This document shows positions 30,295 to 37,377 of a DNA stretch of 54,066 bases, piece by piece. How positions within the stretch are numbered: the stretch's first letter is position 1; the number at the start of each line of letters is the position of its first letter. The notes beneath the pieces were generated by a model. It did no database searches and had not been told where the DNA came from. It saw only the letters and a list, made by a program, of their open reading frames with translations. A program made the position numbers and the translations under genes. The stretch is from Actinomycetota bacterium (lineage in GTDB: Bacteria; Actinomycetota; UBA4738), in NCBI GenBank assembly GCA_005888465.1, contig VAYJ01000056.1, forward strand, positions 1 to 54,066, read 5' to 3'.

Positions 30295-31023
30295 ATGGAA
30301 GAACGCGGCCTGCAGCAGTTCGTCTGGACGGGGCGGGAAGGCCCGTTCGAGCTCCTGGTGTCCGAGCAGGTCTTCGCGCCCACCCACACGAGCCGGGAGA
30401 TGGCCGAGGGCCTCCAGGTGAACCCCGGCGACGTGGTGATCGACGTCGGCTCGGGCTCGGGAGTGCTGTCCTTCGTCGCCGCCCGCCTCGGCGCGGCCAA
30501 GGTCTACGGGTCGGAGGTCAACCGCCGGGCCGTCGCCCTCGCGCGGCGAAACGCCGAGCGCCTCGGGCTCGCCGAGCGCGTCGAGTTCCGCGAGGGAAGC
30601 CTGTTCGAACCGCTCGCGGGCATCCGCGCGAACGTGGTGATCGGCGACGTCTCTGGCATCCCCGACGAGATCGCCGCGGTCTCGGACTGGTTCCCCGGCG
30701 GGTTCAGCGGCGGCCCGACCGGCGCCGAGGTGCCCGTGGCGATGCTCGAGTCGGCGCGGGACCACATGTTCCCCGGCGCCCGGTTCTACCTCCCGACCGC
30801 GTCGATCCAGGACGAAGGCGCGGTGCTCAAGGCCGCGCGGCGGCTCTTCGGCGAGAGCCGGATGAAGGAGCTCCGCGAGCGTCTGTTCCCGCTCCCCGGC
30901 AAGATCGCCGAGAGCTCGGTCGTCCGCAAGCTCATGGACACGGGCATGGTCGCGTTCATCCGCAAGGGGAGCCGCCTCCTGTGGAAGCTCCGGGTCTGGG
31001 AGTGCACGGCTCCACAAGCCTGA
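30295..31023 (+). CDS. class I SAM-dependent methyltransferase (small-domain/PrmC-like fold, no NPPY)
   Basis: VIDVGSGSGVLSFVAARLGA, YGSEVN, VVIGDVSGIPD where N5-glutamine/N6-adenine methyltransferases carry NPPY. Confidence 0.75.
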   Translation: MEERGLQQFVWTGREGPFELLVSEQVFAPTHTSREMAEGLQVNPGDVVIDVGSGSGVLSFVAARLGAAKVYGSEVNRRAVALARRNAERLGLAERVEFREGSLFEPLAGIRANVVIGDVSGIPDEIAAVSDWFPGGFSGGPTGAEVPVAMLESARDHMFPGARFYLPTASIQDEGAVLKAARRLFGESRMKELRERLFPLPGKIAESSVVRKLMDTGMVAFIRKGSRLLWKLRVWECTAPQA

Positions 31024-31781
31024 GTCAGGACGACCCCGCCTCGCGCGGGTTTCCGGCTCCCGCCACCGCCAGGACGCTCGCGGTGGAGCTCGTCATCGTG
31101 CTGTCGCTTTCGCTCCTGCCGAGCGCCGTCGACTCGCTGATCAGCCTGCTGACCGCGCCCCTCGCGGGGGTGAGCGCATTCGTCTACGCGAACGTCCAGT
31201 TCATCGAGCAGCTCACCGGGATCCTGTTCGCCCTCGCGCCGATCGCGCTCGTGCTCTACCTAGCACGCCGAAACGGTGAGGGGCTGCAGCCGTTCGGCCT
31301 GGGCACCGGCACGCTCGCCCAGGACGTGCCGCTCGGCCTGCTCGGCGCCGTCGCCGTGTGTGCGGTGGGCGCCGTCGTCTACCTCGCCGCCGTCTCGCTC
31401 AAGATCAACCGGTTCGTCGTGCCGGTGCCGCCGCTCGGGCACTGGTGGACGATCCCGATCCTCGTCCTAGGCGCGATCCAGGCGGGTGCGCTGGAGGAGG
31501 TCGTGGTCGCCGCGTATCTGATCCGGCGCCTGCGCCAGCTGCGGTGGTCGGGACCCGCGGCGGTGCTCGCGAGCGCGACGCTCCGCGGCTCCTATCACCT
31601 CTACCAGGGGTGGGGAGGCTTCGCCGGGAACTTCCTGCTGGGGGTCGCGTTCGGCACGTATTTCGTCCGGCGCGGCCGGGCGTGGCCGCTCATCGTCGCG
31701 CACGCCACCGTCGACATCGTCTCGGGCCTCGCGTACATCGCGTTCCGCAACCACTGCTACTTCGGCGCGTGCATCCGGTGA
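31002..31781 (+). CDS. CPBP-family intramembrane glutamic endopeptidase (CAAX protease/Abi family)
   Basis: Polytopic. Motifs GALEEVVVAAYL, LRGSYHLYQG, AHATVDIVS. GTG 31002 overlaps the methyltransferase gene by 22 nt. Confidence 0.8.
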   Translation: MHGSTSLSQDDPASRGFPAPATARTLAVELVIVLSLSLLPSAVDSLISLLTAPLAGVSAFVYANVQFIEQLTGILFALAPIALVLYLARRNGEGLQPFGLGTGTLAQDVPLGLLGAVAVCAVGAVVYLAAVSLKINRFVVPVPPLGHWWTIPILVLGAIQAGALEEVVVAAYLIRRLRQLRWSGPAAVLASATLRGSYHLYQGWGGFAGNFLLGVAFGTYFVRRGRAWPLIVAHATVDIVSGLAYIAFRNHCYFGACIR

Positions 31782-32649
31782 GGTTGCGCTACGGCCGGGC
31801 GCTCGTGTCGGCGTGCCTCGCGCTCGCCGGCCTGGCGTCCGCCTGCTCCAGCCCCCCGCCGGGCCCGCCCACCCCGAGCTCGAAGCCGCCTCCGCGCCTC
31901 CGAGTGGTTGTGGCCTCGATCCAGCTCGGCTCGCCCCTGCAGCGCGAGGTCGCCCTCCTCACCCGCGACACGATCTACCTGGTCGGGGGGCTGAGCTCCC
32001 TCGGGCGGTCACTGGATACCGTCTCGACGCTGAACCCGGCCACAGGGAAGGGACGGCAAGTCGGCACCGTCTCCGACGCGTTCCACGATGCGGCCGGGGC
32101 CGTGATCGGCGGGCACCTGGTGATCTTCGGCGGCGGGAGCGGGGAGAGCAGCGACCTGATCCAGGCCTTCGACCTCGCCTCCCACAAGACCACCGTCATC
32201 GCGCGCCTCCCACGCGCCCTGTCGGACCTGGCAGCGGCCGTCTCCGGCTCGGCCGTCTACTTGGTGGGGGGGTTCAACGGTCATGTCCCCCAGAAGTCCA
32301 TCTACTCCACCACCGATGGGGTGGCGTTTCGGACCGCGGGCAAGCTGCCCGTGGGCTTGCGGTACGCGGCACCGTCTCCACGCTCGGCACGCTCCCGGTC
32401 CGGCTCGGGCACGCAATGGCGTTCACGCTGGGGACGACGGTCTACGTCGCGGGCGGCATCAACTCGAGTGGCGGGGTGGAACGCCGCGTGTTCGCGATCG
32501 ACGTCGTGGATCGAACGATCACCCAGCAGGCGCCGCTCCCGTTCGCCGTATCCGACGCCGGCGTCGTCTCCGACGGGATGGCGGCTTGGATCGTAGGTGG
32601 CTGGCGGGGGCAGCCGCTCACGCAGGTCCTGAAGGCAACGCTGGCGTGA
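31778..32649 (+). pseudogene. Kelch-repeat beta-propeller lipoprotein with frame break and missing blade segment at about 32366-32375
   Basis: GTGA overlap with the CPBP gene. Lipobox LAGLASAC. Repeated blades: IYLVGG, LVIFGG, VYLVGG. After LPVGLRYAA the frame shifts and resumes at VSTLGTLPVRLGHAMAFTLGTTVYVAGG ... AWIVGG. Span length is 3n+2. Confidence 0.75.
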
Positions 32650-32713
32650 CGCCGCTTGCGGCGTGACGCCAGCGCGCACAGGTGGAAGACATGATGCCGC
32701 CCCTCAAATTCAT

Positions 32714-32805
32714 GGGGGGCTACGGTAGGGCATGGGTGCGAACCTGGGTGCGAAAGTGGGAACGCCTGGGGGCGGATGGGAAACTAACCGACCGACCGAC
32801 CGAGG
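32714..32805 (+). repeat. non-coding tandem iterons (TGGGTGCGAA x2 plus degenerate TGGG units) followed by a (CCGA)n tract
   Basis: GGGGGG 32714-32719. TGGGTGCGAA at 32733-32742 and 32745-32754. TGGGAACGC, TGGGGG, TGGGAAAC follow. CCGACCGACCGACCGAGG at 32788-32805. Confidence 0.7.
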
Positions 32806-33082
32806 GCTAGGGGCTGCACTGCTTGTTGGCGGTTCATGCGAGGGCTGCGCCCCCGGTTTCCAACCCCGCCGGTCATCGGTCTCGCGCGGATCAGGGGTGT
32901 CTGAACGTGCCATCTGAAGGTCACAATGAGCACCGTCTGCAGACCCTGACATCTCTCTCCACTTCGTCGTGGATGATTTCGCCTCATTGACTTGAAGACG
33001 CGGGCGGGGGTGTGCTCGACCCATGGAGCGACCGCGTCATCATGCCCTCGGGAGAGGGGCTAGGCTTCATTCGAGTAAGCGC

Positions 33083-34023
33083 GTGACGACCATCGGGACT
33101 TGGACCGACGACTCGCCCCATCGGGCCGCGTTCGCCGACGTGAACGGGGTGCGCATCCACTACCTCGACTGGGGAGGCGGCGGGGATCCGCTCGTCCTCG
33201 TGCACGGGCTCGGGGACAGTCCGCATCTCTTCGACGACCTCGCGCCGCTCCTCACCGACCGATTCCGCGTCGTGGCGTATGCACGGCGCGGGCACGGCGA
33301 CTCCGACGCGCCGGCGGCAGGCCCGTACGACCTTGCGACCCTGGTCGAGGACCTTCGACAGCTGCTGGACACGCTCGGGTTCGAACGAACGAACCTCCTC
33401 GGCTGGTCGATGGGCGGCAACGAGATCACTTCGTTCGCCGGCCTGTACCCGGAGCGGGTCGCAGGGCTCGTCTACCTGGATGCCGGCTACGAGTTGTCAG
33501 ACCCGACATTCCTACATGAGCTCGGCCCGGCACTCGGGACGGTCGCGGCCGAGGCGTCCGACCTCGCGAGCCTTCAGGCGTACCGGGACTGGACCCGCGT
33601 CTCCATGTTCGGTGAGACACCGTGGACCTCCGGGCTCGAGGCGTTCGTGTCCTCGGCCCGGACGGGTCGGTCGCGCCCAGGATGAGCGGCAGCGTGGAGG
33701 GTGCGCTGTTCGACTCGGTCGCCCGCACGCCGCGTGACTACGGGAGCGTCCGTGCCCCCGCACTCGCGCTCTACGCCTCCTCTTTCTTTCCCCCTGCTCC
33801 GCGAGACCCGCACAAGGCTGAGGTCATCGAGGGCTTCGAGCGTCGCGTGATGGACCCGTTCCGTCAGGACAACATGGAGCGCATCCGCCGCGAACTGCAC
33901 GCCCGGGTGCAGCTGATCCCGGAGGTCACGCACATGTCGATCGGCGTCCATGACGCTGCGGCGCTCGCCGAGGTCATCGGGTCGTTCCTGCTCTCGCCCA
34001 CGATCAACACGGCCGAGCCCTAA
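33083..34023 (+). pseudogene. alpha/beta-fold hydrolase with a frameshift near 33640-33665
   Basis: VNGVRIHYLDWGGGGDPLVLVHGLGDS, nucleophile elbow GWSMGG. After LEAFV the frame changes and resumes VLGPDGSV...APALALYA...EVTHMSIGVHD (catalytic His region). Span length is 3n+2. Confidence 0.8.
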
Positions 34024-34105
34024 GCAGACGCGAGTTCGGTCTCAGACTCGCGGACCGCTCTCGCCCGGCCGGCGCACCAGATCCAATCGCCCTACCGGAG
34101 ACGAA

Positions 34106-34486
34106 GTGTTGACCGACACGATTGGCGATGACGTGATCTCCGGAGGGGACGGCAACGACGTCATCGACGGTGGGCAGCAGATCGACACGATCGACGGCGG
34201 TCCCTACACGGATCTGATCTACGGCGGTCCAGGCGACGACATCATCACGACGAGCCCCGCATACCAGCCCTTCGCGGACACCGCCTATGGTGAGGAGGGC
34301 AATGACACCATCGGGGGCGGCGGTGGCCCTGACTTCCTCGACGTGGGCACTGGGGACGATGCCATCTATGGGGGCTCGGGAAACGACGAGATCCACGGAG
34401 GCGATGGGAACGACACCATCGACGCGGGGCTCGGCGACGCCGGCAGGCTGCCCCGCTCTTCCGGCTCGATGATGGTGAGGTCGTAG
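34106..34486 (+). pseudogene. fragment of a calcium-binding RTX-type (GGxGxD) repeat protein
   Basis: GDDVISGGDGNDVIDGG, YGGPGDD, GEEGNDTIGGGGGPD, YGGSGNDEIHGGDGNDTIDAG. No signal peptide or secretion domain. The repeats run out into non-repeat sequence. Confidence 0.5.
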
Positions 34487-34576
34487 CCGCGACGGTGAAT
34501 GCTGCGGCTCGTCACGGCTCGCGTGTGAAGCGGACTGAGTCTTGGGCGCCGAGCTCGGGTTCCAACTTGGGTGAAG

Positions 34577-34594
34577 CCGACCGACCGACCGAGG
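34577..34594 (+). repeat. second copy of CCGACCGACCGACCGAGG
   Basis: 18/18 identical to 32788-32805. Also preceded by a TGGGTGAAG unit. Confidence 0.7.
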
Positions 34595-34685
34595 ACAGTT
34601 GACCTCTGATGCCGATTGCCATCCTGCGCGGAAACGGGGGGGTCGGGTAGAAAGACGCAGGTCAGAGTGCCAACACGAACGGCCG

Positions 34686-34691
34686 TATGAT
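34686..34691 (+). promoter_or_regulatory. candidate -10 hexamer TATGAT, near-leaderless selD transcript
   Basis: Ends 9 nt before ATG 34700. No Shine-Dalgarno sequence. Confidence 0.3.
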
Positions 34692-34699
34692 GCTGGGAG

Positions 34700-35797
34700 A
34701 TGCCTGATTCGCGAGTGGAGGAGGTTCGACTTACCCGGTTCAGCCACGGCGCTGGGTGCGCGTGCAAGCTCGCCGCCGGCGACCTGACCGAGGTGCTCGC
34801 GCGGCTCGCGCCGCCCTCCTATCCATCCGAGGTGCTCGTCTCTCCCGAGACCGGCGACGACGCCGCGGTCTATCTGCTGCCGGGCGGAGACGCCATCGTG
34901 CAGACGGTGGACTTCTTCACCCCGATCGTCGACGACCCATTCGACTGGGGGCGGATCGCGGCGACGAACGCCCTCTCCGACGTGTACGCGATGGGGGGAC
35001 GGCCGATCACGGCGCTGAACCTGGTGGCCTGGCCGATCGCCGAGCTGCCGGTCGACGTGTTGGCCCTCGTGCTCGAGGGGGGCGCGGCCGTCGCCGCCGA
35101 GGCCGGCGTCGCGATCGTCGGCGGGCATTCGATCCATGACCCCGAGCCGAAGTACGGCATGGCGGTGACGGGGCTCGTGGACGCCGGCCGGATCGTGCGC
35201 AACTCGACGATGCGGTCCGGGGACCGGTTGTTCCTGACCAAGCCCCTCGGGCTCGGTATCACTTCGACCGCGGTGAAGGCCGGACGGGCGAGCGCCGAGC
35301 AGATCGCCGCAGCCGTCGAAGTGATGACGACGCTCAACCGGGCGGCCGCGGAGGCGATGACGGAGGTCGGGGTCTCCGGCGCGACCGACGTCACCGGCTT
35401 CGGGCTCATCGGGCACCTGCACATCGCGGTCAAGGCCGCCGGCGTCGCGGCCACGATCGACGCATCGGCGGTGCCGTTCCTCGCGGGGACGGCGGAGCTC
35501 GCGTCGGCGGGCATGATCCCGGGCGGGACCAGTTCCAACCACGCGTTCGTCGACCCGCACACCGACTGGGGCGACCTGTCAGAGCTCGAGCAGATGATGC
35601 TCGCGGACGCGCAGACCTCGGGCGGCATGCTCATCGCCGTACCGCGGGAGCGGGTGGCCGCCCTTCGGGCGGCGCTCGGTGCGCGGGGCGTCCCCGCGTC
35701 GGAGGTCGGGGGGATCGAAACCGGCCCTGCCGGACGGATCGGCATCCGCGGGCGCCTGGGCCGGAATACCCCCGATGGCCAAGGGCGTTCCCGGTGA
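34700..35797 (+). CDS. selD: selenide, water dikinase (selenophosphate synthetase), Cys-type
   Basis: LTRFSHGAGCACKL (Cys at the Sec/Cys position), GDDAAVY, VQTVDFFTPIVDDPFDWGRIAATNALSDVYAMGG, HSIHDPEPKYGMAVTG, DVTGFGLIGH, PGGTSSN. Confidence 0.93.
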   Translation: MPDSRVEEVRLTRFSHGAGCACKLAAGDLTEVLARLAPPSYPSEVLVSPETGDDAAVYLLPGGDAIVQTVDFFTPIVDDPFDWGRIAATNALSDVYAMGGRPITALNLVAWPIAELPVDVLALVLEGGAAVAAEAGVAIVGGHSIHDPEPKYGMAVTGLVDAGRIVRNSTMRSGDRLFLTKPLGLGITSTAVKAGRASAEQIAAAVEVMTTLNRAAAEAMTEVGVSGATDVTGFGLIGHLHIAVKAAGVAATIDASAVPFLAGTAELASAGMIPGGTSSNHAFVDPHTDWGDLSELEQMMLADAQTSGGMLIAVPRERVAALRAALGARGVPASEVGGIETGPAGRIGIRGRLGRNTPDGQGRSR

Positions 35798-36216
35798 CTG
35801 GGGCCATGGACACCGACCCAATCGAGATTCCGAGCGACATCCGGGACGCGATCGTTCGCCACGCGATCGCCGGGCTCCCGAACGAGGCCTGCGGGGTGCT
35901 CGCGGGCTCCGACGGCCAGATCGTCCACTTCTTCCCCATGACGAACGCCGACGAGAGCCCGCTCACGTACCGGCTTGAGGCGACCGAACAGCTCCGCGTC
36001 TGGAACGAGATCGACGACAAAGGGTGGGAGGTCCGCGGGATCGTCCACTCCCACACCCACACCGAGGCATATCCCTCCGAAACGGATGTCCGCCAGGCGT
36101 TCCTGCCGGACGCGTGGTATGTCCTGGTCTCCCTCCTGGACCGAGAGCGGCCGGCGATTCGCGGCTTCAGCATCCGTGACGGCGACGTCCTGGAACGCGA
36201 GGTGGTGATCCGATGA
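35794..36216 (+). CDS. mec: JAMM/MPN+ metalloprotease (Mec-like)
   Basis: EACGVLAG and HSHTHTEAYPSETD (JAMM motif). GTGA overlap with selD (alternative in-frame ATG at 35806). ATGA overlap with the next gene. Confidence 0.88.
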   Translation: MTGAMDTDPIEIPSDIRDAIVRHAIAGLPNEACGVLAGSDGQIVHFFPMTNADESPLTYRLEATEQLRVWNEIDDKGWEVRGIVHSHTHTEAYPSETDVRQAFLPDAWYVLVSLLDRERPAIRGFSIRDGDVLEREVVIR

Positions 36217-37082
36217 GCGACCTGCCCGAGTTCACCGAAGAACAGGTCCTGCGGTACTCGCGGCACATCATCCTGCCGAAGATCGGGGCGGTCGGGCAGC
36301 GCAAGCTGCTCGACGCGAAGGTCCTCTGCGTCGGGGCTGGCGGGCTCGGCTCGCCGCTCGCGATGTACCTGGCAGCGGCCGGCGTCGGCACGCTCGGGAT
36401 CCTCGACTTCGACAGGGTCGACCTCACGAACCTGCAGCGCCAGCTCCTGCACGACACGGACGACGTCGGCCGTCCGAAGGTCGCCTCAGCGGCCGAGCGC
36501 CTGCGCGGGATCAACCCGGGGATCGACGTGGTCACCCACGACACGGTGCTCACCTCGGACAACGCGTTCGAGATCCTCGGGCGCTACGACATCGTGGTCG
36601 ACGGCACCGACAACTTCCCCGTTCGGTATCTGGTGAACGATGCGACGCAGCTCCTGGGCAAGCCGCTCGTGTACGGCTCGATCTATCAGTTCGACGGGCA
36701 GGCCTCGGTGTTCCTGCCGGGCCCGGGCACGCCCTGCTACCGGTGCCTGTTCCCCGAGCCCCCACCGCCCGGCACGGTGCCTTCGTGCGCGGAGGGTGGA
36801 GTGTTCGGCGTTTTGCCCGGCATCGTCGGATCGATCCAGGCCGTCGAGACGATCAAGCTCATCACGGGGATCGGCGAGCCGCTCGTGGGGCGCATCCTGC
36901 TCTTCGACGCCCTCGCGATGGAGTTCACGTCGGTGAAGCTCCGCTGGAACCCGAGCTGCCCGGTGTGCGGCGAGCACCCGACGGTGACCGAGCTCATCGA
37001 CTACGACCAGTTCTGCGGTCTCCCTGCCGGGGCGACCCCGGCCGAGGCCGAGCACGGCGTGCGCACGAGCGTCGAGGCCTGA
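36213..37082 (+). CDS. MoeB/ThiF/MoeZ-type E1-like adenylyltransferase (no rhodanese domain)
   Basis: RYSRHIILPKIG..QRKL, GAGGLGSP, DFDRVDLTNLQRQ, DGTDNFPVRYL, CYRCLFP...SCPVCG (zinc site), C in AEGGVFGVLPG. Confidence 0.9.
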   Translation: MSDLPEFTEEQVLRYSRHIILPKIGAVGQRKLLDAKVLCVGAGGLGSPLAMYLAAAGVGTLGILDFDRVDLTNLQRQLLHDTDDVGRPKVASAAERLRGINPGIDVVTHDTVLTSDNAFEILGRYDIVVDGTDNFPVRYLVNDATQLLGKPLVYGSIYQFDGQASVFLPGPGTPCYRCLFPEPPPPGTVPSCAEGGVFGVLPGIVGSIQAVETIKLITGIGEPLVGRILLFDALAMEFTSVKLRWNPSCPVCGEHPTVTELIDYDQFCGLPAGATPAEAEHGVRTSVEA

Positions 37083-37083
37083 G

Positions 37084-37377
37084 GTGCCGATCACCGTCAG
37101 GGTCCCGACGATCTTCCGCGCCGAGGTGGGCGGCAGTCCGACGGTCGAGGGCAGCGGGGCCACGGTCCGATCGCTCCTGGACGACCTCGACCACCGCTAC
37201 CCCGGAATCAGGGGCCGCATCGTGGACAGTGAGGGCGGCCTGCACCGCTTCGTGAACCTCTACGTGAACGACGAGGACGTGCGTTACCTGTCCTCATTGG
37301 ACACGGAGGTCGCGGACGGCGACACCGTCTCGATCCTGCCGGCGGTCGCCGGCGGTCAGGGCGTGAAGACGCGGTAG
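37084..37377 (+). CDS. cysO: MoaD/ThiS/CysO-family ubiquitin-like sulfur carrier with a 6-residue tail after Gly-Gly
   Basis: ITVRVPTIFR...LYVNDEDVRYL..DTEVADGDTVSILPAVAGG then QGVKTR and stop. One-nt gap after the E1 gene. Confidence 0.85.
   Translation: MPITVRVPTIFRAEVGGSPTVEGSGATVRSLLDDLDHRYPGIRGRIVDSEGGLHRFVNLYVNDEDVRYLSSLDTEVADGDTVSILPAVAGGQGVKTR

Noticed and set aside
32725-32810. CRISPR-like array
   Set aside because: The units are only about 10-12 nt, degenerate and directly abutting without spacers. No cas genes are present in the window.
32650-34699. tRNA-Sec (selC) or another tRNA in the non-coding gaps near selD
   Set aside because: No T-loop (GGTTCGAnTCC-like) or plausible TCA anticodon stem-loop was found on either strand by eye. 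Only a manual scan was possible.
34366-34767. 133-aa minus-strand ORF as an intact gene
   Set aside because: It overlaps the selD start and the RTX fragment in antisense. Only a piece of about 25 aa looks like a winged-helix remnant, so it was treated as a fragment, not a gene.
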